64,000 nucleotides of DNA from an uncultured delta proteobacterium (GCA_947085375.1 CAMTWB010000005.1:1023-65022); one strand, 5' to 3'; shown: positions 17,533 to 27,653, counted from the first letter of the stretch. Notes: generated by a model from the letters alone, not told the origin. Program-made: numbers and translations.

Positions 17533-18838
17533 CCGGCGTTTCCTCCCTTCTGGCGACCAGTACCTTCCAGATGCGGGCCCGTTTCATCTCGACTACGGTA
17601 AACGTGAATGCTCCATAATCTATTGCCTGGCCTCGAGCCGGCAGTTTGCCGAACAGATGAAAAACAAATCCCCCCACCGTGTCCACTTCATCGATGGGAA
17701 TATCGAGGTCGGCAATATCCAGCAGTTCGTCGATGGGCAGCCGTCCGGAGACCAGCCAGGTCTTTTCGTCAATCTTTTTTTTCATTCCGTCGCGCAGACC
17801 GTGATCGTCGAACATGTCGGAAAAAAGGTTCTCCAGAATATCCTCCAGGGTCAGCATTCCGGAAACCCCGCCGAATTCATCCACCACAATGGCCATCTGG
17901 AGCGCTCTGGTCTGAAAATCAAGCAAAAGCCTGCCTACGGTCATTTCCAGGGGAACAAAGTAGGGACGCTTCAAAATACTCGCCAAGTCAACGGGTTTAT
18001 GCTTTTTATTCGGCTGAAGCAGGTCCCTGGTCAGCAGAATGCCAAGGATGTCATCCCGATCAACGCCGTATATGGGGATGCGGGAATGGCGGGAGCGGAT
18101 TATCTCCTCCTCCAGGCCTTTCAGGCCCAGGGAAGCCGGCAGACAAAACATATCAACCCGCGGTGTCATCACCTCGGACACTGGCTGATCATTCATCAAA
18201 AATACCCGATGGATCAGATCCCGCTGCACCTCTTCCAAGGCGCCCTCCTCCTGCCCTACGTCAATGAGTTCTTTGAACTCCTCCTCAGAGAGATATTTTT
18301 CTTCTTTAAGACCGGCTGCCGGGAAAAACACGATGAAAAATCCTGCCACCTTTTCGAAAAGCCAGGTGACCGGCCGCAGGAGACGGTAGAAAAACCAGAT
18401 CACCGGCGACAAAAATGAGGAATAAACCACCGGCTGGGTTACGCCCAGAGTTTTTGGGATGGCCTCGTTGAAGATGACCATAAAGGGGGTGGCCAAAGCG
18501 ATTGCCAGCCACGATCCGGAGGCGGCAAAAAGGGAGACAAAGACGGAGGTGATCAGGATCGTAATGATGATATTTATCGCTTCATTGCCCACTATGATCG
18601 TGATGAGCAGACGACGGGGCCGGGCCAGCAGCCGCCGGACAAAGGTCATAAACAGAGACTTGTCCTCTTCCATCTTGTGAACTTGCAGCGGGTTTAAGGA
18701 GAAAAGGGCAGTTTCAGAACAAGAAAAGAGTCCTGAGAGGATTGAAAGAAAGAAAATTAAAAATATTTTCAGATTAACCGATTCGTCCAAAATTTGCGTC
18801 TTGAGTTCGATGATACAGGAAAACCCTCGCGAAGCCAA
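17525..18838 (-). CDS. Hemolysin-family CNNM/CorC protein, tandem paralog
   Basis: 437 aa with the same architecture (SETALFSL motif, CBS pair, CorC_HlyC-like end). It overlaps the downstream paralog by 8 nt. The exact start is uncertain. Confidence 0.75.
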   Translation of the reverse strand: MASRGFSCIIELKTQILDESVNLKIFLIFFLSILSGLFSCSETALFSLNPLQVHKMEEDKSLFMTFVRRLLARPRRLLITIIVGNEAINIIITILITSVFVSLFAASGSWLAIALATPFMVIFNEAIPKTLGVTQPVVYSSFLSPVIWFFYRLLRPVTWLFEKVAGFFIVFFPAAGLKEEKYLSEEEFKELIDVGQEEGALEEVQRDLIHRVFLMNDQPVSEVMTPRVDMFCLPASLGLKGLEEEIIRSRHSRIPIYGVDRDDILGILLTRDLLQPNKKHKPVDLASILKRPYFVPLEMTVGRLLLDFQTRALQMAIVVDEFGGVSGMLTLEDILENLFSDMFDDHGLRDGMKKKIDEKTWLVSGRLPIDELLDIADLDIPIDEVDTVGGFVFHLFGKLPARGQAIDYGAFTFTVVEMKRARIWKVLVARREETPDG

Positions 18839-18999
18839 AGGCTACTTATTAATACTTTTAACAGATTCAAGGAAAAAAACAAATCCCATTTTTCTCCCTG
18901 GGCTAGGGTAATTATTTGCCGTCCGGTTTCGCTTTTGATTGACGGCAAGGCTCTTTTGGGCTATTTAAAGCGTGGCCACAGCGGCAAGGAGCGGACGAT

Positions 19000-20343
19000 A
19001 TGACCAGGGTATTATTAATCGGCAACGGGGCCAGGGAACACGCCCTGGCGGAAGCGATAATGAGATCAAGGCGCAGCCCGCGGCTTTTTGCCTGCATGAA
19101 GGCGAAAAACCCCGGCATCGCCCTTCTCGCGGAAGCCATAATGCTGGGCGACTACGCGGATATCAAGGCCATCACGGCTTTTGCCCAGGCCTCCCGGGTG
19201 GATTTCGCCCTGGTGGGGCCGGAAGATCCTCTGAACAACGGCGTGGTCGATGCCTTAAGGGATGTCGGCATTCCGGCCGTGGGCCCCAGCAAGGCCCTGG
19301 CCCGGCTGGAAACATCCAAGTCATTTACCCGGGACTTGCTTTCCAAATATGCCATCCCGGGAAACATCAAATACCGGGTATTCTCCAATATGACCGGCGT
19401 GGCGGAATTTCTCGCCAGCATTCCTGAGGTGGTGATCAAGCCCGACGGGCTGACCGGCGGCAAGGGTGTTTTGGTACAGGGGGAGCATTTTCAAAGCCGG
19501 CAAGAGGCGCTTTCGGCCTGTCGCCAAATATTATCCCATCACCCCCGCTTGATAATAGAGGAGAAGCTCGACGGCGAAGAATTTTCCCTCCAGTGCTTCT
19601 GCGACGGCCGGCACGTCCTGGCGATGCCCGCAGTACAGGATCACAAGCGCCGCTTTGCCGATGATACCGGGCCAAACACGGGGGGGATGGGTTCCTATTC
19701 AATGGCCGACCACTCTCTTCCCTTCCTGAGAGGCGGAGAAATAGCCGATGGTCTGGCCATTACCAGGCAGGTGGCGGCGGCCCTCCACCAGGAGACCGGC
19801 GAGTATTACCGGGGGATCATGTACGGCGGGTTCATGGTTACCCGGGACGGGGTGCGCCTGCTGGAGTACAACGCCCGCTTCGGCGACCCGGAGGCGATGA
19901 ACGTCCTGCCCCTGCTTAAGACGGATTTTATTGACGTCTGCCGGGCCGTCATCGCCGGCGCCCTGGAGGGGATGGAAGTCCTCTGGGATAGGAAGGCCAC
20001 GGTTTGCAAGTACCTGGTGCCGAAAAATTACGGCCTCGCCGCTGATGCTTCCGCACAGGCGGCTTCAGGCTGTGATCAGAGGATCACCATCGCTGATATC
20101 GGCCGGGCCGGGCTTTACTTTTCTGCAGTGGACGAACGGGAAGACGGCCTTTACTTGACCCGCTCCCGGGCGGTGGGTCTGGTCGGAATTGCCGCAACTC
20201 TGGAAGAGGCAGAGGGGATCGCCGAAGAAGCGTCAGCGGCTGTTACGGGCTGGGTCGATCATCGGCGGGATATCGGTACCGCGGCTCTTATTGAAAAACG
20301 CATCCGGCACATGGAAGCGCTTAGGGGCTATTGCCCGCGGTAA
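19000..20343 (+). CDS. purD: Phosphoribosylamine-glycine ligase
   Basis: VLLIGNGAREHALAEA N-terminus and ATP-grasp core VVIKPDGLTGGKGV. Confidence 0.9.
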   Translation: MTRVLLIGNGAREHALAEAIMRSRRSPRLFACMKAKNPGIALLAEAIMLGDYADIKAITAFAQASRVDFALVGPEDPLNNGVVDALRDVGIPAVGPSKALARLETSKSFTRDLLSKYAIPGNIKYRVFSNMTGVAEFLASIPEVVIKPDGLTGGKGVLVQGEHFQSRQEALSACRQILSHHPRLIIEEKLDGEEFSLQCFCDGRHVLAMPAVQDHKRRFADDTGPNTGGMGSYSMADHSLPFLRGGEIADGLAITRQVAAALHQETGEYYRGIMYGGFMVTRDGVRLLEYNARFGDPEAMNVLPLLKTDFIDVCRAVIAGALEGMEVLWDRKATVCKYLVPKNYGLAADASAQAASGCDQRITIADIGRAGLYFSAVDEREDGLYLTRSRAVGLVGIAATLEEAEGIAEEASAAVTGWVDHRRDIGTAALIEKRIRHMEALRGYCPR

Positions 20344-20388
20344 TTTTAATTCAGCATCAAATCAAAAAATTATAAGGAAAGGAAAAAA

Positions 20389-21957
20389 ATGAAAACCAAT
20401 ACAATCAAAAGGGCTTTGATCAGCGTGACCGACAAGACGGGGATTGCTGAATTTGCCAAAGAGCTAAGAAAGTACGGTGTAGAGATCCTCTCGACCGGCG
20501 GCACCGCAACCCACTTACGCCAAAACGGCATCGAGGTGGTTGACGTTTCGGCCTATACCGGTTTTCCTGAAATGATGGACGGCCGTCTCAAGACGCTTCA
20601 TCCGGTTATCCACGGCGGCATTCTCGCCCTGCGCGACAATGAGGATCACCTCAAGTCCCTGCAGGAACACAAGATAGGACTGATCGACATGGTGATCATC
20701 AATCTCTACCGTTTCGAAGAGACGATAGAGAAGCCCGGGGTCACTATGGCGCATGCCATCGAAAACATAGACATTGGCGGACCGACGATGCTGCGGGCGG
20801 CGGCGAAGAACTACCGCTTCGTAACCGTTGTTACCGATCCGGCCGACTATAGCGTCATCGCGCAAGAACTGGCTAGCGAGGGCGGGAGGATCAGCGAAAC
20901 CACCAATTACCAGCTTGCCGTAAAGGTATTCCAGCTCACGGCCCGCTATGATGGGGCAATTTCCAATTACCTTGGCCGCTTTACCACCGCCGGAGGCGAG
21001 GCCGCTGTCTTTCCGGCCACCATCAGTTTGCAGTTCAGCAAGGCTCAGGACCTGCGTTACGGGGAAAATCCCCACCAGAAGGCGGCTTTTTTCCGGGAAC
21101 TGACACCGCCACCGCTGTCCATCGCCTCGGCTCGGCAGCTTCAGGGAAAGGAATTGTCCTACAACAACATCATGGATGCGGACGCCGCCTGGCAGATGAT
21201 CTGCGATTTCAGCCGGCCCGGGGCGGTCATCATCAAGCACGCCAATCCCTGTGGCGCCGCTGTCTCTGATGATGCAGCCACCGCCTATGTCAAGGCCATG
21301 GCCACCGATCCGGTCTCCGCCTTTGGCGGCATCGTGGCCTTGAATCGGCCAGTCGATCGGGCGCTGGCCCAAGAGCTGGTCAAGACTTTCCTTGAGGTGA
21401 TCATCGCCCCGGAATTTAATGAAGATGCCATGACGATCCTGCAGGCCAAGCAGAATGTGAGGTTGCTGGCCATCCCCGGCAATCCGGCGGCGCTTCCGGG
21501 CGGCCTTGATCTGCGCCGGGTAGGGGGGGGGATTCTGGTACAGGATCGCGATACCGATACCTTCGACATCAGAGAGGCCAAGGTGGTTACCAAAAGAAAG
21601 CCCACCGAGGCAGAGTATGCCGCGCTCGATTTTGCCTGGCGGGTGGTGAAGCACGTCAAGTCCAATGCCATTGTGATTGCCGGAAAAGAACAACTGGTCG
21701 GAGTAGGGGCAGGTCAGATGAGCCGGGTGGATTCGGTCCGGATTGCCCGGATGAAGTCCCTCTTGCCCACCCAGGGCTGCGTTTTGGCCTCCGACGCCTT
21801 CTTCCCCTTCCGCGATGGGCTGGACATGGCGGCCGAGGCGGGGATTACGGCGGTTATCGAGCCGGGAGAGTCGCTCCGGGATGCGGAGGTCATCCAGGCC
21901 GCCGACGAGCATAATATGGCCATGATCTTTACCGGCAGAAGGCACTTCAAGCATTGA
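20389..21957 (+). CDS. purH: Bifunctional AICAR formyltransferase / IMP cyclohydrolase
   Basis: [11 protein letters not shown]...[11 protein letters not shown]-like N-terminus and conserved C-terminal FTGRRHFKH. Confidence 0.92.
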   Translation: MKTNTIKRALISVTDKTGIAEFAKELRKYGVEILSTGGTATHLRQNGIEVVDVSAYTGFPEMMDGRLKTLHPVIHGGILALRDNEDHLKSLQEHKIGLIDMVIINLYRFEETIEKPGVTMAHAIENIDIGGPTMLRAAAKNYRFVTVVTDPADYSVIAQELASEGGRISETTNYQLAVKVFQLTARYDGAISNYLGRFTTAGGEAAVFPATISLQFSKAQDLRYGENPHQKAAFFRELTPPPLSIASARQLQGKELSYNNIMDADAAWQMICDFSRPGAVIIKHANPCGAAVSDDAATAYVKAMATDPVSAFGGIVALNRPVDRALAQELVKTFLEVIIAPEFNEDAMTILQAKQNVRLLAIPGNPAALPGGLDLRRVGGGILVQDRDTDTFDIREAKVVTKRKPTEAEYAALDFAWRVVKHVKSNAIVIAGKEQLVGVGAGQMSRVDSVRIARMKSLLPTQGCVLASDAFFPFRDGLDMAAEAGITAVIEPGESLRDAEVIQAADEHNMAMIFTGRRHFKH

Positions 21958-22032
21958 TGACCGGATGCCAATCCGCGATACCCAGAGGTTTTTTCGGAGG
22001 GCAATACTTCGTTTCCTGGTTGTGAAAAAACA

Positions 22033-23046
22033 ATGACGGTTGTTCTCAAAATAAAAAACACTGCCATCGAACAAGAAAAAATAGCCCAGGCGGCGGCGGT
22101 GATCAAACGGGGGGGGTTGGTGGCCTTCCCCACCGAAACCGTCTATGGCTTGGGGGCTGATGCCTTCAACCCGGCGGCGGTAAAGCGGATATATTCCGTC
22201 AAGGGCCGTCCGGGGGACAATCCCTTAATTGTCCACATCGCCGATTTTGCCACCCTCGATTCATTGGCGCGCTTGGTGCCCCCTGAAGCCCGCATCTTGT
22301 GCAAGCGGTTCTGGCCGGGTCCCCTGACGCTGGTTTTGCAGAGGATGCGGCAGCTGCCCCCCGAAGTATCCGCGGGCCTGCCCACGGTTGCCATCCGGAT
22401 GCCGGCCAATCCGATCGCCCTGGGCCTCATCCGGGCCGCGGGAACTCCCCTGGTCGCCCCTTCGGCCAACCTTTCCTCCCGGCCCAGCCCTACCCGGGCC
22501 AGCCATGTCCTGGAAGATCTGAGAGGGTTGATCGATCTGATCATCGACGGCGGGAAAACGACCATTGGCATGGAATCAACCGTGGTGGATTTTACCGCCG
22601 GAAGCCCCCGGATTCTCCGGCCGGGAGCGGTAACGCCAGCAGATATCGAAGCTGCCATCGGTTTGCTTGCTTCCGGCGGGAAATTGAAAGGGGAAGAGCG
22701 GCCTAAATCCCCGGGAATGAAGTATCGTCATTACGCCCCCCGGACCAGGCTCATCCTGACGGAGGGAGAAAATTTTCAGGAAAATGTCCGGCAATTGATT
22801 GCGCAGGCAGGAAAGGAAAAAAAGGTTGCCGTGATCGCCTTCCATAAGGACTCCCGCTACGACGACTGTCTCTTAATTCACGCCGGCAGCAGTTCCCGGA
22901 CGGTCGCCCGCCGCCTCTTTGATATATTCCGCGATCTGGACAAGCGGGGCGTGGATTTAATAATCGCCGAACCCTATCCGGCGACGGACGGTCTGGACCT
23001 GATGATTTGGGATCGGCTGAAGAAAGCCGCCGGGTCGGGAAATTGA
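22033..23046 (+). CDS. tsaC: L-threonylcarbamoyladenylate synthase (YrdC + Sua5 domains)
   Basis: GGLVAFPTETVYGLGADA and KGRPGDNPLIVH motifs. The 337-aa long form has a Sua5-type C-terminal domain. Confidence 0.88.
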   Translation: MTVVLKIKNTAIEQEKIAQAAAVIKRGGLVAFPTETVYGLGADAFNPAAVKRIYSVKGRPGDNPLIVHIADFATLDSLARLVPPEARILCKRFWPGPLTLVLQRMRQLPPEVSAGLPTVAIRMPANPIALGLIRAAGTPLVAPSANLSSRPSPTRASHVLEDLRGLIDLIIDGGKTTIGMESTVVDFTAGSPRILRPGAVTPADIEAAIGLLASGGKLKGEERPKSPGMKYRHYAPRTRLILTEGENFQENVRQLIAQAGKEKKVAVIAFHKDSRYDDCLLIHAGSSSRTVARRLFDIFRDLDKRGVDLIIAEPYPATDGLDLMIWDRLKKAAGSGN

Positions 23047-23073
23047 AAGGGTATTGAAAAGGAGATTCATCAT

Positions 23074-23526
23074 ATGAGCGAAAAAATAGCCATAGCGGTC
23101 AAGGCCGTTAAGGAAGGTATGAACTGTTGCCAGGCAATCATTACAACCTATGGGCCGTCATTGGGTTTAACCTTTGATGCAACCGTAAAAATAGGCTCCT
23201 CATTTGGTGGCGGCCTGGGACGGACCGGAGAGGTTTGCGGTGCTCTGACTGGGGCGACAATGGTGCTGGGGTTGAAGTACGGCCCGCTGGAAGCCAAAAA
23301 TCCCCAGGCGCGGGATCGGGTATATACTCTGACCCGACTGCTGTTGACGGACTTCCGCCAGCGCCGGGGGGAAGTCACCTGTCGCAACCTGCTCAACTGC
23401 GACATCAGCACTGATGAGGGTTACACCAAAGCCAAAGACAGCGGCTTACTGAAAAATCTCTGCCCCCTGCTGGTTCAGGATGCGGCCCAGATCCTGGAGG
23501 GCATCATGGCCAGGGAAGGTGCGTAA
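23074..23526 (+). CDS. C_GCAxxG_C_C family protein
   Basis: MNCCQAI near the N-terminus, GEVCGALTGA (CGAxxG) motif and later Cys residues. 150 aa. Confidence 0.75.
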   Translation: MSEKIAIAVKAVKEGMNCCQAIITTYGPSLGLTFDATVKIGSSFGGGLGRTGEVCGALTGATMVLGLKYGPLEAKNPQARDRVYTLTRLLLTDFRQRRGEVTCRNLLNCDISTDEGYTKAKDSGLLKNLCPLLVQDAAQILEGIMAREGA

Positions 23527-23548
23527 ATCCTGTCGTTATAGGTGGATA

Positions 23549-23579
23549 AACTAATAGGGCGCTGTCCCTAATTATCCCA
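23549..23579 (+). repeat. 31-bp junction motif AACTAATAGGGCGCTGTCCCTAATTATCCCA, solo copy
   Basis: Identical 31-mer at 24204-24234. A 26-nt core is also at 42940-42965. Confidence 0.9.
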
Positions 23580-23591
23580 CAGGAAACATCT

Positions 23592-23858
23592 ATGATAATC
23601 TGGACAGACTACTTCAAATACAGGGCGGGTTTAAGGGGTTTTGATCTTGCTATAGTGGAGAAGATTCTCAGTTTTAGCGACGAGCGGTACATAGACACCG
23701 CCACGGGAAGAAAAGTTGCCGTTGGCAAGCATGGCCGACTGCTGGTACTGATACCATACGAGAGGATAGGCGATGGCATTACTCCGGTGACGATACACGC
23801 GACGACGAGGCAACAGATTAACTTCAGGTTGAAAAATGGGAGATTTAGTCATGAGTAA
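23592..23858 (+). CDS. DUF4258-like small protein (putative toxin component)
   Basis: 88 aa. The pattern resembles DUF4258 (GRLLVLIPYERIGDGITPVTIHATT). It overlaps the next gene by 8 nt. Confidence 0.55.
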   Translation: MIIWTDYFKYRAGLRGFDLAIVEKILSFSDERYIDTATGRKVAVGKHGRLLVLIPYERIGDGITPVTIHATTRQQINFRLKNGRFSHE

Positions 23859-24084
23859 AACACAAATGGCATATTTCGAGAAGGAAGACATCCTCCATTT
23901 ATGTATTTCCAACGAGGGAGAAGCGTCAAGCGTAGAATTAACACCTCATATAACGGCCGAGCTTAACGAAAATGGCGATCTGATAGGGATCGAAATATTG
24001 AATGCCAGCAGCTACATCCGAGACGCCATTATGGAAACCGTCCAGGCAAAAATGCTCAGGCTTTCAGACGCACCCGTAGCGTAG
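23851..24084 (+). CDS. DUF2283 domain protein (putative antitoxin component)
   Basis: MAYFEKEDILHLCIS...NGDLIGIEILNASS matches the characteristic DUF2283 pattern. Its ATG overlaps the upstream gene's 3' end (CATGAGTAA). Confidence 0.65.
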   Translation: MSKTQMAYFEKEDILHLCISNEGEASSVELTPHITAELNENGDLIGIEILNASSYIRDAIMETVQAKMLRLSDAPVA

Positions 24085-24234
24085 GGTGCATTAGCGAAGC
24101 GTAATACGCCTTCCCTTCCGCTGGTTCAATCTTGCAGATTGAACCAAAATCTTAAACAGCGGCGCTACTTACCGTCTGCCAGAGCGCCGAAGGAATTGAA
24201 GTGAACTAATAGGGCGCTGTCCCTAATTATCCCA
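24081..24234 (+). repeat. Family C composite element (GTAGGGTGCATTAGCGAAGCGTAAT module + 11-bp hairpin + 31-bp terminal motif)
   Basis: It starts on the DUF2283 stop codon and ends 1 nt before the mpg ATG. A homologous composite is at 42820-42966. Hairpin at 24122-24146; terminal motif at 24204-24234. Confidence 0.85.
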
Positions 24235-24235
24235 T

Positions 24236-24814
24236 ATGCCTAAGTTGCCGGTTGAATTTTATGCCCGTCCCGATGTTGAGCGCATCAGCCGGGAGCTGCT
24301 CGGGATGTATCTCTTTACCCTGATTGAGGGAGAAATCACCGGCGGCATTATCATAGAAACCGAAGCCTACGGCGGAGAGCTAGATAGGGCTAGTCACGCC
24401 TATGGGGGGCGCCGCACCCGCCGCACGGAAATCATGTATGCCTCAGGTGGTGTCGCGTACGTCTATCGCTGCTACGGAATCCACTGGTTGCTTAATGTTA
24501 TCACCAATGGCCCCCATATTCCCGAAGCGGTGCTGATCCGGGCTATTGCACCAACAGCCGGCCTGGAAGTCATGTTGCGACGTCGCGGTAAAGCCGCCGC
24601 CAATCCTCTTTTGACTGCCGGGCCGGGAAATCTAACCCGGGCAATGGCAATAGACGGCAAATTTAACGGTGCAAGCCTCCAGGGGCCTCAAATCTGGATC
24701 GAGGATCGGGGCGAGCGGCCCCTGCCCGGGCAGATACTGGCCGGCCCACGGATCGGAGTCGATTATGCCGGCCTCGACGCCTTTCGTCCCTGGCGGTTTT
24801 GGATTAACCGGTAA
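24236..24814 (+). CDS. mpg: DNA-3-methyladenine glycosylase (Mpg/AAG family)
   Basis: ETEAYGGELDRASHAYGGRRTRRTEIMY and GVAYVYRCYGIHWLLNV motifs are typical of the Mpg family. Confidence 0.88.
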   Translation: MPKLPVEFYARPDVERISRELLGMYLFTLIEGEITGGIIIETEAYGGELDRASHAYGGRRTRRTEIMYASGGVAYVYRCYGIHWLLNVITNGPHIPEAVLIRAIAPTAGLEVMLRRRGKAAANPLLTAGPGNLTRAMAIDGKFNGASLQGPQIWIEDRGERPLPGQILAGPRIGVDYAGLDAFRPWRFWINR

Positions 24815-24824
24815 TCCCCCGGCT

Positions 24825-25646
24825 CTACCGCCAGGTTATCTGGGGGGAAAGACGCAAGGGCAACCGCTGGTAGTTGAACTTTGGATAGCCCAGCATCAGG
24901 GCGCCAAAACAGTGGTTGCCAGCCGGCAATTGAAGGGCCTCCCCGAGGGGTGGAAAGAAGTTCGCCGCTGCCATAAAGTAGCCGGCCCAGCAACCGCCGA
25001 GGTTTCGGGTGGTGGCGGCCAGTTCGAGATAGGTCAGGGCAATGGTGGCGGCTGCCGGAGCCATCCGGTTGTCCTTTTCCGCATGGGCGATTATCAAAAC
25101 GGGGGCCTGACGCAGAAATACGTCCCGGCCAGATTCCCATCCGGCCAACGTGCGGTCCATGTTCGCAGATACGGCGTATTCAGTCATATTCTGCAGCATC
25201 CATTTCATCCAGTCTGCCACGATAGACGAGAGCTTGTGCATTTCCTCCCGGTCGGTTAAAACCAGCCATTCTATGCACTGGGAGTTGCGGCCGGTTGGGG
25301 CGTGGCGGGCTATTTCGATGAGCTCCTGGATAGTTTCGCGTGGCACGGCTTGTTTTTTATAGGCCCTGATTGACCGGCGGGCCCTCATGAAATGCTCGCA
25401 CTGCTCCACGGATAACTGGAGATCCTTCCGGACAGGGGGACATTTTTCCACCGGCATTTCCCGGTGGGTAAGGCTTGCGGTAGGGCAAACCGCGACACAA
25501 TGGCCGCAACGGATACAAAATTTATCAGCGCCGGCAATGGGACGGGGATACCCGCCCGGGGAAAGTGCGATCAGCGCCGCCGGACAGGAGGCCGCACAGC
25601 GGCCATCACGGGTACATGTTTGTTCGTTGATTTCCAATAGCTCCAC
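24825..25646 (-). CDS. Nitroreductase-family protein with N-terminal 2x[4Fe-4S] ferredoxin domain
   Basis: CTRDGRCAASCP and CIRCGHCVAVCP motifs, followed by a nitroreductase-like RRSIRAY core. Confidence 0.8.
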   Translation of the reverse strand: MELLEINEQTCTRDGRCAASCPAALIALSPGGYPRPIAGADKFCIRCGHCVAVCPTASLTHREMPVEKCPPVRKDLQLSVEQCEHFMRARRSIRAYKKQAVPRETIQELIEIARHAPTGRNSQCIEWLVLTDREEMHKLSSIVADWMKWMLQNMTEYAVSANMDRTLAGWESGRDVFLRQAPVLIIAHAEKDNRMAPAAATIALTYLELAATTRNLGGCWAGYFMAAANFFPPLGEALQLPAGNHCFGALMLGYPKFNYQRLPLRLSPQITWR

Positions 25647-25668
25647 TTTGAACCTCCCCTGTCTGTTC

Positions 25669-26916
25669 CTAATTATCCGTTCCCTGGCTTTTGGTGTACC
25701 TGATGAGGTTGTATATTCCCAAGGCCATAATAACGATCACCAGAGCTGAAAAAACATAAACCATTTCCAGTTTCCACATCCCCTTGATCCAGCCCGCAAT
25801 ATATACCGCCATTGACCCCACGCCGAAGGTTAAGCTGAACTTGATGCCGTAGCCGGTGCTTCTGAATTGGCTGGGGGTCAGTTTGGCCACCAGGGTGTTT
25901 TCTACCGGTTGCATGCCTAAAGCGAAGAAGATGTAAAAAGAGGCGGCCAGTACCAACGGGATATCCGACCAGAAGGCCATTGCCAAGAGGAAGGGCAGGC
26001 CAATTAAGGTGAAGGCTAGATACACATGGGCAAGCTTGTACTTGTCTGAGATCCAGCCGCCGAAATACTGGCCGAAAATGCCAACAATGTAGATGAACGT
26101 AGCCAGGATGGTGGCCGCCAGGGTAGTGGCGGAGGCGGCCTGGGCGAAGTTTAGGCTGCGGAAATAATCCCAGAGAAAGGGGGCCCGTAATTCGAGGTAG
26201 GCGGGCAGGACCAAAGTATTCATCCGATAGACAATGCCGCTCATAATGAGGACAAAGGCCAGCGCCAGCAGGGTTTTGATATGGACGCTGCTTTTGGCCC
26301 GAGCGGTGGAGACATCCTGGGTGTGCACCGGGGTTTCGTCTATTTTGGCAAGTCCCATGAAGAGGCCAAGGAAAACGGAAACGATTCCGGCGATGAGATA
26401 GATCATCCTCCAGCCGACGAGCCAGTTGAAAAGCCCGGCCATCAGGGGCGCCATGGCGATGCCCGCGCTGCCGGCTGCACCATTGATCCCCATGGCCCGG
26501 CCGCGTTCCCTTACCCCCCGGGATAACAGGGCCAATCCCGCGGGATGGTAACTGCTGATGAAAAGCCCTATTACGGCCAGGGAAAAGAAGAGGGTGGCGG
26601 CGGTTGTAGCAAAGGAGGTGATAATCGATCCGACACCGGACCCGACAAAAAAGATTACCAGGCAACGCCTGTGGCCGAAACGGTCCGATACCATCCCCCA
26701 CGGGGCTGCTCCCATTCCCAAAAGGAGGTACATGAGGAAGCTGATGGGCAGGACTTCGGCCAGGCTCATGTTAAGCGACAGGGTAAGGGGGATGGCTAAG
26801 GCCGGGAAAATAAGTTCAAAAAAATGGTTATAGAAATGGGCAATACTGGTGAAGAGGACGATTTTTTTTTCGTTGGTCATGGAGTGACTCCGGCTATTGT
26901 GCTTGCTTTTTTTCAT
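25669..26916 (-). CDS. MFS transporter
   Basis: 415 aa with about 12 hydrophobic segments and an MFS loop motif GMVSDRFGHRR. Confidence 0.8.
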   Translation of the reverse strand: MKKSKHNSRSHSMTNEKKIVLFTSIAHFYNHFFELIFPALAIPLTLSLNMSLAEVLPISFLMYLLLGMGAAPWGMVSDRFGHRRCLVIFFVGSGVGSIITSFATTAATLFFSLAVIGLFISSYHPAGLALLSRGVRERGRAMGINGAAGSAGIAMAPLMAGLFNWLVGWRMIYLIAGIVSVFLGLFMGLAKIDETPVHTQDVSTARAKSSVHIKTLLALAFVLIMSGIVYRMNTLVLPAYLELRAPFLWDYFRSLNFAQAASATTLAATILATFIYIVGIFGQYFGGWISDKYKLAHVYLAFTLIGLPFLLAMAFWSDIPLVLAASFYIFFALGMQPVENTLVAKLTPSQFRSTGYGIKFSLTFGVGSMAVYIAGWIKGMWKLEMVYVFSALVIVIMALGIYNLIRYTKSQGTDN

Positions 26917-27006
26917 GCCCGGACGGGCAGGGAGGGAGCAAAAGCTGGCGATCCCGGGAAAGTCAGTTGGTTTCCTCTGCGGCAGGCGAGATTTTTTGAG
27001 AAGTCC

Positions 27007-27570
27007 TCATACGTGCCCTGTAAACATGCTGCTGAAGAAACTCTGGTACTTCCTGGGGAAATACATGTTGCCTTCGTAGTCAATGATGAGGCGCCCCTCT
27101 AGGTGATCCAGTTCATGCTGTACCACCCGGGCAAGAAAACCCTGGTAGCGTTCGTTGATCTTGCGGCCGGTGAGATCATAGGCCCGCACCTTGATCTCCG
27201 GAAATCGGGGCACCTCCACTTGGATATTCGGGCAGGACAGGCAGCCTTCAGTCTGTATTTCCAAGTCCCCTCTGGCCTGAGTGATCCGGGGATTTATCAG
27301 GATCGCGTAAGAATCCGGTTCCTTGCTCCAGTTTCTGTCGTCTAAGCCTTTAGTTCGGAAGGCGATTATTCTCTTCATGATGCCAATTTGCGGCGCTGCC
27401 AGACCAAGCGCGTCATTCATGTCCAGAAAGGAATTCAGGAGGGTGGATATATCCCTCCGGTCCTCCTCGGAGAAGGGGGTGGCCGTCTCCAGAGAGGGAT
27501 TTCTCAGGGCTCTAGTTTCGGCCTCGTTGATCCTGGCTTCTGTCCAGAGGGTTAAGATTGCTGCGGTCAT
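27007..27570 (-). CDS. def: Peptide deformylase
   Basis: Motifs GLAAPQIG, EGCLSCP and QHELDHLEG. The start is set at ATG 27570. The tracked ORF extends to a TTG at 27657 that overlaps the upstream stop. Confidence 0.85.
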   Translation of the reverse strand: MTAAILTLWTEARINEAETRALRNPSLETATPFSEEDRRDISTLLNSFLDMNDALGLAAPQIGIMKRIIAFRTKGLDDRNWSKEPDSYAILINPRITQARGDLEIQTEGCLSCPNIQVEVPRFPEIKVRAYDLTGRKINERYQGFLARVVQHELDHLEGRLIIDYEGNMYFPRKYQSFFSSMFTGHV

Positions 27571-27653
27571 TGCCCTTGGCCTTGCCAAACCGATAAAGGT
27601 TTGTCTGGTTAATTTTAATTGCCTACTGGCTATAGCATTCGTCTTGGGGCATT

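Noticed and set aside
17192-18418. 408-aa ORF antisense to the two CNNM/CorC genes (also 17608-18267)
   Set aside because: Same reasoning. The sense-strand proteins have clear domain architecture, and the antisense product is low-complexity.
20515-22074. 519-aa ORF antisense to purH
   Set aside because: It covers almost exactly the purH gene on the opposite strand and has a low-complexity Gly/Arg/Pro-rich composition with no motifs. Stop-free antisense frames are expected opposite strongly codon-biased GC-rich genes.
23549-24234. Integron gene cassette with an attC site
   Set aside because: I could not find the RYYYAAC / GTTRRRY core sites in the composite element, and no intI integrase or attI is in the window. 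The cassette-like layout is kept as a finding, but not as an integron.
25673-26701. 342-aa same-strand alternative-frame ORF inside the MFS gene
   Set aside because: Arg/Gly/Pro-rich composition, no RBS or motifs. The other frame encodes a convincing 12-TM transporter.
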